A stretch of 63,690 nt of DNA, filler included, from Lenisia limosa (Eukaryota > Protista > Breviatea): the NCBI GenBank assembly GCA_001655205.1. It is 10 parts of 10 records of this genome, joined end to end, with 100 filler letters (N's around TTAATTAATTAA, not from the genome) between each part and the next. Parts side by side here need not be neighbours in the genome. Positions count along the whole stretch, not along the records: positions 13,642 to 17,533 come from LPNZ01010222.1; positions 17,634 to 27,403 come from LPNZ01010547.1; 8 more parts are not named here. One strand, given 5' to 3'. The notes under the pieces are model-generated. The model was not told where the DNA came from. It saw only the letters and a list, made by a program, of their open reading frames with translations, and made no database searches. Made by a program: the position numbers and the translations under genes. Positions within the stretch are counted from its first letter, which is position 1. Every line of letters begins with the position of its first letter. Positions 13,720-26,300 of the stretch are shown one piece after another.

Positions 13720-13980
13720 ATATGAAAATTTCAATTGATAATTTCCATTTGAAGTCCATATTGATAAATTTCTTTTGGGAAACTTTACCATCTCAACGAC
13801 TAGATGGTAAATTTTTATAATAATTTCCATCTGAAGTCCAAGTTGATAAATTTCTTACTGAAAAATTTACCATCTAAGGTCCGAGATGATAAATTATTTT
13901 TGGAAAACTTTACCATCTGAGAGACTGGATGGAAAATTTCAATTGATATTTTCCACCTGAAGTCCAAGATGATAAATTTC
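13720..13980. repeat. Degenerate AT-rich repeat array at scaffold end
   Basis: Recurring AAATTT(A/C)CCATCT(G)AAGTCC.AGATG(A/G)TAAATTT-like units. Confidence 0.5.
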
Positions 13981-14265
13981 ATATAGTAGTATATGATATA
14001 GTATACTATCTATACATTAGTGGAATGCATTCACAAATGTAAAACACACCATTTCTCACCTCAGGTATGGGTCGACATGAAAATTCTTCAGGTATTCTGT
14101 GTCGCCAACCGATGGCACCGTGGACAGCTGTGGAAATGAAAACCACTGAGATCATACTGTAGCATTGACGTGAAATAAGACAACAGTTCTATTGACATAA
14201 ATTTAAGACAACAGTTATATTGACACACATTTAACAATAATAGTAATACTTCTCACTTCACCCCG

Positions 14266-16480
14266 TCATACCTCACTCTCTAGGAGATGAGGCTTAAATA
14301 TGCTGCTTGGCTCCCTCTTTTTTTGGGCCTTTTCTTTGTCATTTTTTTGGTCGTAGGAGCTGTCGACCTGCTCCTCCTCGTCTTCCTCAACGTCAATCTT
14401 GCTCCCATTCTTTCTGCGTCGTTTTGATGGGTGACGGAGGGGGAGAGGTTCCTTGGCGCTTTCTACGTACTCGGCCTCGTCCTTGTCTTCCTCAACGTCA
14501 ATCTTGCTCTCCACAGCCGTCGGTGACAGCTTCGGCGTCTCCTTGCTGTCACGGCCACTTGCGCCTTGGTCGTCGGAGCTGTTGTCCCGCTCCTCCTCGT
14601 CTTCCTCAACGTCGATTTTGCTCCCCACAGCCGTCTGTGACAGCTTCGGCGTCTCCTTGGGGTCGCGGCCACTTGCGCCTTGGTCGTCGGAGCTGTTGTC
14701 CCGCTCCTCCTCGTCTTCCTCAACGTCGATTTTGCTCCCCACAGCCGTCGGTGACAGCTTCGGCGTCTCCTTGGTGTCACGGCCACTTGCGCCTTGGTCG
14801 TCTGAGCTGTTGTCCCGCTCCTCCTCGTCTTCCTCAACGTCGATCTTGCTCTCTACACCCGTCTGTGACAGCTTCGGCGTCTCCTTGGTGTCACGGCCAC
14901 TTGCGCCTTGGTCGTCGGAGCTGTTGTCCCGCTCCTCCTCGTCTTCCACAACGTCGACCTTGCTCCCATTCTTTCGGCGTCGTTTTGACGGGTGACGGAG
15001 GGGGAGAGGTTCCTTGGCGCTTTCTACGTCCTCGTCCTCGTCTTCTTCGTCCGAGATGCTCTCCGCAGGCGGCGGACGCTGACCAGTCACCACCTGTTTG
15101 GCCTGCATCTGTTGGCAGCTACCATCCGCGTCAAAGATCCGTAGTATTGTGTTAAACCATAGCGGCTCGATGGCAACAGCAGCGCGTAAGGCTTCTTGCG
15201 GATACATTGTACGCCGAGCATCTTCGTAGGCCTTGACGAACTCGACTATCGCGGCGCCTTTAGCTCTGTTGCTACTGACTTCCGGAATTCTCAAATTTAG
15301 CACACAAAGATCAATTACACGGGCAAGGTCACACAGACCCTCTTCTGAGGTAATCCCCTTTAGCAGGCTGACAGTAACACTATCGAACGCCATCAAGAAA
15401 GCGATTCCGTTCACGCCAAATGGGCCCGAACAGGTTACCGCTTCCCGGAAGGCATTGCATAAACCAACAGGAGATGACCTGGTGTAGTCCCTATTATTTC
15501 GTGAGCTGGTCTGGCAAGCACTGATGAAACTCTTGCACTCAAAGAGCACAAGAGTCTCGGCATTAATGGCAATCGCCGGCAGTTCGGGTAGCGCACCTCC
15601 CTGATCGGTGGCCTCCCCTTGGCCATTCAGGCAGATGAGGTTGCTATCCACATACGTACCGCGCCCCTGCAGCATTATTTGTAGGACGTTGGAAAGACCC
15701 GGAAGATGCTGTGCGCGGAACAGCAAGGCGGATGTTGTTAGCTCCTGGNNNNNNNNNNNNNNNNNNNNNNNNNNNNNNNNNNNNNNNNNNNNNNNNNNNN
15801 NNNNNNNNNNNNNNNNNNNNNNNNNNNNNNNNNNNNNNNNNNNAGACACTATCTGCGCTTCATCGTCTGGAGTACAGCCATGACTACATGACTAGCTTTG
15901 AGATACCCCGCGTTTGTCAACGTTACGACCAATGTCGGGATATATCCGTCCTTGTCCAGGAGGGACAGCAATGTTCCGGTATCAGATGTGCGATGCATGC
16001 TGAGAGCCAGCAGTCTGTGGTTGCCATCGACGACGACATCTGCCTCGCCTTCCCGCCTCAGCACCACACATACATGTGTATGCTTGGAAGGGTCAGTTGA
16101 GGCGGCCAGCACCTTTGCCCCGCGGTAGCTCTTCTCACGAATCGACCTTGACTCCAGTTTGAAAACGTCAACGAGCAACTGCTTTTCCTCCGAAAATTGA
16201 AGTTGCATTTCTTTCACCGCCTGCAGGTCAATGGCTGAGTCCCAAGTACACCGGGCAGCTTTGTCAGTGGAAGTCGAATCCCACATAATGAAAGGCATGG
16301 TTTTAACCGCGTCAAAAATCGGGGTGGCGCGTTCTACGAATGATGTTTCAATATCACAGCCGTACGCTTTCTGCTCAACTCCATCTTGTGACACCAGGAA
16401 AGCGGCCTTACACACGGGGTCAACCGCAATCTGATCCAGAAGTATTGGGTTCAGTCAAGCCTGAAGTGTGTGAGCGTCAA
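14266..16480 (-). pseudogene. Nearly intron-free gene with ParB/sulfiredoxin-like DGNHR motif and acidic/basic repeat tail; reading frame disrupted
   Basis: ORF 15849-16415 contains VCVVLRREGEADVVVDGNHRLLAL...IPTLVVTL. The next frame (HGCTPDDEAQIVS, across an N gap) continues into the 527-aa ORF 14266-15849. There is an in-frame TGA near 16460 and a frame change near 15880, which could be mutations or very short introns. Two possible short upstream exons lie at about 16565-16790. Confidence 0.5.
14399..15040 (-). repeat. Coding repeat block: four 114-bp (38-aa) units bracketed by two copies of an ~80-bp unit
   Basis: GACAGCTTCGGCGTCTCC recurs at 14525, 14639, 14753 and 14867. The flanking unit encoding VESAKEPLPLRHPSKRRRKNGSK occurs twice. 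Confidence 0.9.
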
Positions 16481-16885
16481 TCAAGGTGAACATCGGTGTT
16501 GTAACCCTATGCAATGGCAATACAGTCAAAACGGAACCCCAAATTCCTATAAAGCAGACATACCGCTAATGCTGATGAAGCCGTGATTTCTTCCTTCTCC
16601 TTGACCGCGTCTAAATAGACGGTGGCGGCTTCCTTCATTCTAGGCTCGCAGCTTTTGTACGGTTTCAGTTTACGCTACAAGTGGGTCAAATCACGGCAAT
16701 CTTCAATTCAAACTCAAAATATCATAATATACGCTTTCATACACTTGACTTCCTGAAGAGATCAGGGAATTCCGTCGTGTTCTTCATTTTGCCTTCAAAG
16801 GAGTTATAATCCCACGGCAGCTGTATATTAATTGGGAAATAAAAATAATAATAATAAAAAATAATAAATACGAACATGTATATCA

Positions 16886-17470
16886 ATCTACAGCCCCTAG
16901 ATCAAAAAATTTCCCGTATCTATGGATCAAAAACATTCCCGTATCGATGGATCAAAAAACTTTCCCGTATCTACAGCCCCTGGATCAAAAACATTCCCGT
17001 ATCTATGGATCAAAAACGTTCCCGTATCTAATGGATCAAAAACATTCCCGTATCGATGGATCAAAANNNNNNNNNNNNNNNNNNNNNNNNNNNNNNNNNN
17101 NNNNNNNNNNNNNNNNNNNNNNNNNNNNNNNNNNNNNNNNNNNNNNNNNNNNNNNNNNNNNNNNNAAAACGTATCTATGGATCAGAAACATTCCCGTATC
17201 TACAGCCCCTGGATCAAAAACATTCCCGTATCTACAGCAACTGGAAATATAAAATTCCCGTATCTACAGCCCCACTGGATCAATAACCCTCCAGTATCTA
17301 TGGATCAAAAACATTCCCATATCTATGGATCAAAAACATTCCCGTATCTACAGCTCCTGAATCAAAAACATTCCCGTATCTATGGATCAAAAACGTTCCC
17401 GTATCTATGGATCAATAACATTCCCGTAACTATGGATCAAAAACATTCCCGTATCTAATGGATCAAAAAA
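16886..17470. repeat. Minisatellite of 25-bp units interspersed with 32-bp variants
   Basis: TATCTATGGATCAAAAACATTCCCG and the variant TATCTACAGCCCCTGGATCAAAAACATTCCCG; interrupted by an N gap. Confidence 0.9.
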
Positions 17471-17533
17471 ACGTATATGCTAGGCCGCAGAAATCGGGTA
17501 AAATATACCCTATTTAGGTAAATTATTTTTTAA

Positions 17534-17633
17534 NNNNNNNNNNNNNNNNNNNNNNNNNNNNNNNNNNNNNNNNNNNNTTAATTAATTAANNNNNNNNNNN
17601 NNNNNNNNNNNNNNNNNNNNNNNNNNNNNNNNN
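17534..17633. other. Artificial scaffold linker
   Basis: Same 100-bp linker. Confidence 0.95.
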
Positions 17634-18200
17634 AGCCACTGAGGTTCGAAAAAGGCAGTTGGAAAGAAAAGCTGGTGGAGGTTTGTTTATTATTGCATAT
17701 TTAACATCCAAGAAAGAGGAAGAGCAAGACGAGGAAGAGGGTGCAGGCGTGGTGGAGCTGCAAGGCAAAACGGTTTGTGGAATGTGTGGAAATTTGTTGG
17801 TGTTTTCAAAATCACTGACCTTAATACCATTTTAGTTGTTGCCACGAACCAAGATCAAGAAACACAGGATGCAAAATTACCTCAAGTCAATCAAGGTTGT
17901 GGTGCCTTTAGTTTTAGCGTTGCTCTTATTGCTCTTAGAAAATGGTCAACAACGAACTCGTGGTAGAAGAAACCATATTCCTGCCGAAACTGACGCTGAT
18001 AGTGATGGTAGGAAATTCCTTCATTTTACTTTTAGAAAATACAACAAATTCAGAACCAGATGATTGTGACTTGCCAATCAGAGTTGCCCCCAAGCGCAAA
18101 AATATGACTGGTGAGCAATTTCTTATGATTCAATTTTTTTGATAGTGCCCCCAGCAAGAAGAGGACGCGGAGGGAAAAGAGGTCGCGGTACTCGTGGAAG
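17634..18200 (+). CDS. C-terminal low-complexity fragment of an uncharacterised multi-exon gene
   Basis: Short GT-AG-bounded exons at the scaffold start: ATEVRKRQLERKAGG, KEEEQDEEEGAGVVELQGKT, NGQQRTRGRRNHIPAETDADSD, PPARRGRGGKRGRGTRGRS. Confidence 0.4.
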
Positions 18201-18459
18201 ATCATGTCATTTTTATCGGTTATGTTGTATTTTTGGCAAAAATATATGTCTTTTTGTCTTTATTTTTTTGCAAATAGTGTGTTTTCAACAAGAAAATTCG
18301 CATATCAAAAAAAGTTGCATCAGTACTTTAAATCAAAAAGAATGTGAATAAACAGGCAAAAGAAAGACTACAATATCCAAAAAATGAATTTTTTTAAAAA
18401 ATCACAGATATCGGAAAAATATATGGACGGTGTGATATCTAATGATAATATATGCAAGT

Positions 18460-21400
18460 CTACGGTTTCATTAAAACTGTTGATAAAATGGCCTTATAAA
18501 ACACAAACAGCGTCTCAAATACCATTATCTTTTTCTCTTCCAGGAGTTTCAAGCACTTATTCACGTCTTCTAGTACTTTTTGCCTTTCTCCAAGATCCTA
18601 GGTGATCAGAAACAGAGAAAACCACACCTTTCGGTGTAAAAATGGATGTTCTGTTACATAATATGCCGAAAAACCCACTATAAACTCATAGGCTGAGCCA
18701 AGGTGTTCATTTGATATCTAGAGAAGTAAGTGTCAAGAAATGTCCAAAATCTTACGCTTATGTCGATATAGCATAATATACACGCACATAACTCTGGTCA
18801 CATCAATGGAATGAATAAAAATTCCTCAACTAACTGGAGATCTTTTGACACCTCGGTTAACACAGTTGAGTGTTTGCTCAAGGACTATGTATGATGGATA
18901 TTCATTTTTTGTAAGCAGCGAAAGGAAGAATTCGACACTTTCTGGCTGTTTATACCATAACGCAAACTCCAATGGGCTGAGTTCCTAAAAGATAAACTAA
19001 TTGCAAAATAAAGAGGGAGTCTGCTTAAATTGCTTGTTTGAAATTTCGCCCAATATTCCATGTAAGATTGCAAGAAACATGCACTTTTCTGATTTAACCC
19101 AAGGTAACATGAATATTTGAATATAATATTATATCTAGGTATTAACTTTTCCTGAAAAACGGTTAAATCGTATACTATATTTCAATCACAGGTAGAAAGT
19201 GCTAAAATCCATTAATTTAGATGATGTTGTGAAACAGAGACACTACTATGCCCTATAAAGAAATTCAGTCACGTAAACGATAAAGCTCCGAATTATATAA
19301 TTGTCCACCCAAGTTCCAAAATCCTTTTGATCTGTTAAAAATCAAGCGGACTTTAATTTCACAAGCTTACAAGTTAATTCATCAAACAAACATTTTGAAG
19401 ATTTATACAACTTGTTCCCAAAAAAATCCACATACCTTGCTTTCCCCTGTTAAGGAATAGACAGAAATATTGTTTGAGAAAAACTCCTTTTTGCAAATTT
19501 TAGTTTCATAAAGGTACTTTATCCCTGACGTGTAAATGATTAAAAAACATGAAAAAATAATAGTATCTCATATTATTAAAAAATATGTGAAATTTGGAAA
19601 TGATGTCAAAAGAGGGAGTTTAACTAATTAAGAGTTCTTCAATATTATATGTATAAACACTGCCACCAACCATCAACGTTGCCAAACTTTGTTGCCATGT
19701 AGGAGACAGTGTGGTTAGACTGGATCGTTAGAGATGTAAAATCCAGCTTCTCTTTCATTTACACTGATTCTGATTTCCACAAACGTCCATGGGACTCCCA
19801 TGTAAATACGAAGAAATTCCAACTTTTTCGAGAATCACATACAGGTCAATTCAATGCGCTTTAGTGGAAAGGGGAATAATCACATATACGCATACTTCTT
19901 CAATCTGAAAGCACTTTTCGGAGAGATCATCTTTGAACGCCTTCAGAAAAGAGCGGTTTCCGTATTTCGCAGCTATGTAGAGTGGATTCTCTTTCTAAAT
20001 GTGATCAAACACAATATTATTTATAAGAGTGATTAAATAAAGGGTGATCACAAAGAAATAATTGACCTCTCCGTTCTAACCCTTGACCTCGAGCCCAAAA
20101 ACAATCCATTTGGCCATTAAAAAAGGCGCACAAAAATGTGCTTTAACGTATCCCTATGTATTAATTTGTTTCCCTATATTGTTAATGTATATGCATATAT
20201 ATATCGATATACATTTTTATATATTATTTCTGTTGTTAAAATTTATTTTTTCGATTTTGTCAATTACTTGTAAATATGGGCTAATTACAGTAAAGAACAT
20301 TCTTGAAGGGAGAAGAGGGAGTTGTTCAAGATGTCGGGGGATTTTCACAGAATCATCATACAGTAAACTTAATTTCCCTCATAGAGATCTTCTATAAGAC
20401 TACTATTAGGGTTATTGAAGAAACATAAGGAAGATTGCCATTGATTTAGATACGTTGAAAAAACTGCAGCATAAAACAAGTTTACTTACCTGCTTATTGA
20501 CAGTTTTAAGTTGCTGCTTATAAGAAGACACATCGGAGACAGCAGAGACAAACTTGGCACCACACCCCATCGCAATGAGGTGATAATAGTTCTGCTCCTG
20601 ATGGTGTAATTCATTCGAATGTTAGTCAGATAGCCTGGATACCTTATCTCAGAATATAAGTATTATATAGTACATGTACATACATGTATATATTTGTGTC
20701 AAGATGACAGATACATATTCAATAATCTATACGTTGGAAACAAGCTGCTTGAGACTAAATATCCAAACATTTGTTTTGAATATGACGTTTTATTATTCAT
20801 AAAATCGAAGGATTATAAATGAGTTGGTTTACAGACACATTTTCGTTTCCAACAATACTACCCTCCACCCCCCAAGTTTGTCCTTATTAAACAAGACCAA
20901 CTTTTGAATTGAGGACTTCTTCAGATGGAAAGTATGTCTTGGAAATGGCATTGTTCAAAACTTCTTCGCATCCTCGAAGCAGGATAATGCCGTATAAAGA
21001 ATTGCCCATCTAGGAAAGTAAAACAAATGGACGACATTAAACCCAAAACATCAATGAAATCACTCCTACAAGATCATTGACTGGTGAACTATCGTGGAGG
21101 ATTCGTCTAAGCTGTTGCATGATGATAATTTGGTGTTGTACAAACACCTTATGGTTGAAATAAACCAATGTTTCGGCGACGGAAGGGGTAGTCTCGCTCT
21201 GGAATATATCAGTATACAAGAAAAAGATTAATACTCTCGATAAATTCCCAACTCAATATAGATTTATGTCCTAGACTTTTGCTGTAAATACAACTCAAAT
21301 ATTCATACCCAATCACTAAAAAAAAGCGCTCTATTGTTTAAAAATCGATGCACTTGATGAGTTCACAAATAAAACTTTGAGTTACATACATATGATGCTA

Positions 21401-22500
21401 TTTGTATATCATATGATATATAGTATCTATATATTATACTTTTATATGATATTAAATCATTATATATAGCAATGAGAAATGTGAAAAAGGATGTATGATA
21501 CAGCTTTATAATACTATATATGATCATGTATATAATAAATCGTTATAAAAAATTTATGGTAAACATGCCAAAATCTAAAAAGATTTATGCTTCATTTAAT
21601 AGCAATTCAGCATACCTCTCGATATTCCAATGCCTGCTTAGCTTTGTCTAATCTCTCGTTTTGGATTGACTTTTCAATGTCGTCAATCTAAACACATGAA
21701 CACACACAAAAAAAGCATTTTAGTGTTATTCCCACAAAAATAAAAAGCGAAAATTCAACCGTTACCTTTCATGGAAACTTGGAAGGAACGGAGACATTTT
21801 ATTCTTAAAAAAACAAACCTGCTTTTTAAAATTGTCAGGACTAGTCATAAAAGGCGACGTCATCGAAGGAGAAACACTCTGTAAAAATGAACATTCTAAA
21901 AAAAACAAGGAACTATCGATAGTTTTCGAGGGATTATCGAGGAATTCAGTCTTTTTTCGAACCAAAGTTAAGCCGCATCTCCAGCCTCCAGTATAGCAGC
22001 AATACATAGAATGAAAAGTAGAAAAACCAAAATCAGATAGAGCCTGGATGAAAATGAATATTAGCTTTCTTTATTAACCGTTTGCTTACAGCTTTTTCCT
22101 TGTGCGGGTAGGTGATAAAGCCTAAAACATATCAGGCTAGTAATGAAAAATGCTTCAATTTTTAGGTTGAGTACAAACACAAGATATCCATAATTGTCCA
22201 CTCCCCTCTTGACCATCATGTTTCTTGGGAGAATGAGGGACTACAGATGTTAGAGGAAAACAAATACACATTACACAGTCATTTTGCAATACAATTATTA
22301 AACTTCTTAAATATATTCCACTCACCCTCCCACACACAACACACAACTTCTTCTTAAATTCCCCCAAATAATCTGCTCCTTCAACTGACAAACAAACCTG
22401 CTGAGCTCCTTCGACGAGGCTTTTAAGGTGTTGATGCAACAGGCTGCATTTTCTCTGACCAGTCCAAATTCGAAGCCCTTAGAGGTAGTCTACTTGACCG
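18460..22500 (-). CDS. Multi-exon ankyrin-repeat-containing protein (5' extent uncertain)
   Basis: Exons with ankyrin-like motifs ENPLYIAAKYGNRSFL (~19930-19990), ELSPLEFALWYKQPESVEFFL (~18930-18990), SNHTVSYMATKFGNVD (~19670-19725) and QNYYHLIAMG (~20570-20610). The last exon appears to end AILSTVLMKP-TAG at 18460. Confidence 0.55.
21911..21974. mobile_element. MITE family A, truncated copy
   Basis: Reverse-orientation core plus a degenerate right TIR TTCGAACCAAAGTTAAGCC. Confidence 0.6.
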
Positions 22501-23379
22501 CCTGTCTCATGAAGAGTGAAAGTAGAGGAAGAATACAGAAATGAATGTGAAAAGATTTCCTGAAACGTTAAAATCTTTTGATGTTTATACCCCTTGAGGC
22601 AATATAAATAATTATAGATTGCAATGAAACTCATCATCTGCTAAAACCAGCACAATGACAAAAACAAAGGCAGCTTCAACCTTCAAACCTGGTTTGTTGT
22701 GTGCGTTTCACCAATGGAGTGGGGAAGGCGGGGAAGGCGTAATGTTTTTTAGCTTTTCTGCTTCAAAGTTGCAGTGCTGTTTATAAGGTTTGTTATAGGG
22801 GCTAGTAGGTTTGTGGGGTGAGGTGAAGCGGTCCAAAAGGCCAAAAGGTAGGAAAAGAATATCGTTAGAGCTCGTCGACGATGTTCTTGTGCGGTAGATA
22901 AAAGGGAGAACTTAGGGAGAAAGTGAGGAGCTGGTGAGGAGAACAACACAGGCTTGCATATTTCCCGAGCATTAGCCCACCTGCGGCGGCGGGTCAGTAG
23001 ATACTGAAATGAAAATTGGAGTATAACCACTGGTACAATAGGGAATTGCATATATTTCAAGCAGGATCACTTGTATCGGACGGTGGTGGGCACGCCCTAA
23101 AGTTGTTGTCAGACATTTTATTTCTTTTCGTTTCTTCTCCTGCAGACAAAACTTTTTCAAAAGAAGAAAACCGTCTAAAAACAACATGAATCAGATATTT
23201 CACATGTAAATGAGGTATATCGACATACTTGGGTAAAGATACTAATCAAGAAGAGGATAATCTGAAAAACCAAGCAAAATAAAAAAAAATAAAAAAAAAA
23301 TACAAACAAGCAAAAGTGAAGAAGACGGGGCATCACTGAATATCCCCAATGCCTCCTCTCTAACATTCTTTACCCCCTC

Positions 23380-26300
23380 ACCCCTCTTATATCTTCATTG
23401 GCAGGCACCAAAGGGCGTGTGTCGTCCAAGTTTAGAACCTAAAAAAACAGGAAAAAGGAAAAGGAAAAGATAAATAATTTGTTAAAAAAAACTAGTACAG
23501 CAATGTTCAATGTACGTAATATTTGTTTCCTAGATTTTTAATGTTAATTATTTCCCTTGTCAAGTAAAACAGACCACCTCTTCATCCACATTGCCCCCCC
23601 CCCACCTGAGTCATGGCCTTGACCATGCCCTCGAAATCGGCAGCAGCCTTCGCTTCACTCCGCTCGTTAACCTCGAAGTTCTCCTGCTCATCGGCGTTCG
23701 GACTAGGGACGTCTGGCAGGGGCTCTGGGGGGTGAGTTTCCAAATAGGGTAATTATGAAATAAAAACGGAGCCCAAAATCAACTCTTGATTGAAAACAAC
23801 AACAAAACAAAGCCAGTTGATTAGCAGCGCATTCCATCACTCCCGAAACAATACAGTAAAGACCAGTGAAGGTAATTTCCATTTTAGTCTGCTTTCTCAC
23901 CGTCGTCATCATCCTCGTCAGGGGGAAGCGGCGGATTCCACACCTGTGGGACGTGAGCAATTGGGTAACATTAGGGGCTCCTACGGTCCGAAAAAGACCT
24001 TTAAAATATCGATTTATCGAGGATTTATCGAGGATTATTGAGTCTTTTTGGGACCGTAAGCCTTAGGTATGAAATGGGACAACACACAGTGCCTACGACC
24101 GATATTCCCTGGGAAATCATATAGCAAAATCGGCTAACACTTAGTATCCCGGTCACTGTATGAATCATAGCCTGAGCTATAACCAATTATACAAGATGTC
24201 CATTTTCACACGGGTGAAATTTCGGGTCAACTTTCCCCTCACACATCATCCTACACATCATCCTACACAGCATCCCCCACAGCATCCCTCACAACATCCC
24301 TCACAACATCCCTCACAGCTCCGCTCAGCCCACCAGTCAATTTCAATTTCGTCGTTCTTTTTGCCGGGCGCTTGACCTGGAGGTGAAGGGAAATGAAGAG
24401 CAAGGCAATATCTGGGTGAGGACTATTTTTTATTTTTATTAGCAAAAAAAATAAATAACAATAGTCCTTGTATTTTTTATCATTTCTCTTCTTTTTCATT
24501 TATAAATAAAAGTGTATAAACGTTTATTATTAAGGAAAAAGAAGAGAAACGAAAATTCTAAATAATACAATGGGTAAGGATGTCTCCTTTATTAGAAGGG
24601 GTATTCCATACATACATAATATAGCAACAGGNNNNNNNNNNNNNNNNNNNNNNNNNNNNNNNNNNNNNNNNNNNNNNNNNNNNNNNNNNNNNNNNNNNNN
24701 NNCTCAACCAACCTTATCCCCTTCTTCCTTTTCCTTTTTCGCGGGGGCCTAAATAATTAGAGACATCGATAGTTCTTCTTAAGTTCACGTTTTGACAGAG
24801 AAATAACAGTATGATGGGACTGGCTGATAAATAATAAGTTGATGGGTTTGATAATAGTAATTACTAATAATTCACCATCATTTGCCTCACAACTCTGTGC
24901 ACACTGCTTTCTTCTGCGTGCTTCAACAGAAATAATCAAACACAGCCCCCACCTCTTCAGCATTGTCTGCACGGATGTCTACCTCGGGGCTTCCTTGCCC
25001 TCAGCCAAGGCCTGTGAAATTGGTGAGGTTTGTAATAGTATTTGTTTTTATGGGAAGTAGTGAGATGACAATTTATTGAATATACAGGATGTGAAAATGT
25101 GGAAACAAATATGACTGAACCTTGTTGTCCTACGTTTGATAATTACTATATCATTATATTACAAAATACATATGATATAGTATATACGTGTACAATATAT
25201 TAAAGCCTGACCCCCCCCCCNNNNNNNNNNNNNNNNNNNNNNNNNNNNNNNNNNNNNNNNNNNNNNNNNNNNNNNNNNNNNNNNNNNNNNNNNNNNNNNN
25301 NNNNNNNNNNNNNNNNNNNNNNNNNNNNNNNNNNNNNNNNNNNNACCTTTTTCCTTGCCTCCAGGGCTTGTCGCTCCTTGAACGCCTCAACCCGGGCCTG
25401 TTTTAGCCTCTCGTAGTTACGTTGATAATGGGGCAAAAAAACGGCACGGACGGTCAACGACTCTTCGCCGGCGTAGTCTTCGTCGAATTGCTTGGCCTCG
25501 TCTTCGGTCGCCGGGTAACTCGTCAAAAACGTCCAGCTTGGCAGGCTGGTCAGCTGATGCGGCACTGGCCGCTTGCGGACAACGTCGTAGTCCACGTCAT
25601 GGAACCGGAAGAGGTGCTCCGAGATCTCCAGCACCAACTCATTGGAAGACCGCAGAATTGAGGTGATATCCTCCTTCAGGCCGGACTGGTTCTACAACGG
25701 TCAGTGCCAACAAAAACCCCGTTACTATGGCAAAAAACTCCCAAACAGGCGGCACCCCCCCCCCNNNNNNNNNNNNNNNNNNNNNNNNNNNNNNNNNNNN
25801 NNNNNNNNNNNNNNNNNNNNNNNNNNNNNNNNNNNNNNNNNNNNNNNNNNNNNNNNNNNNNNNNNNNNNNNNNNNNNNNNNNNNNNNNNNNNNNNNNNNN
25901 NNNNNNNNNNNNNNNNNNTAATGTTTCCAGGCTCGATTTTGAAGTGGTTCTTTCGGAAGACCTCGCGGACGAATTCATACGGATGTAGAGCGTCGCCCAC
26001 ACAGGCCGTAACAGAAAACTTCTACAAAGATTACCCTCGATCTGTAGCAGGGGCACAACCCCTTGTAACCCCCCCCCCCCCNNNNNNNNNNNNNNNNNNN
26101 NNNNNNNNNNNNNNNNNNNNNNNNNNNNNNNNNNNNNNNNNNNNNNNNNNNNNNNNNNNNNNNNNNNNNNNNNNNNNNNNNNNNNNNNNNNNNNNNNNNN
26201 NNNNNNNNNNNNNNNNNNNNNNNNNNNNNNNNNNNNNNNNNNNNNNNNNNNNNNTCAAGCCGCGGTTCGCGGGTGTCTAAGCCACGTAAGACAAGCCTAG

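Noticed and set aside
14307-15155. Plus-strand ORFs of 282 and 180 aa
   Set aside because: They are antisense shadows of the 114-bp coding repeat.
16886-17470. Possible CRISPR array
   Set aside because: There are no unique spacers; the units are directly tandem with a recurring 7-bp insert.
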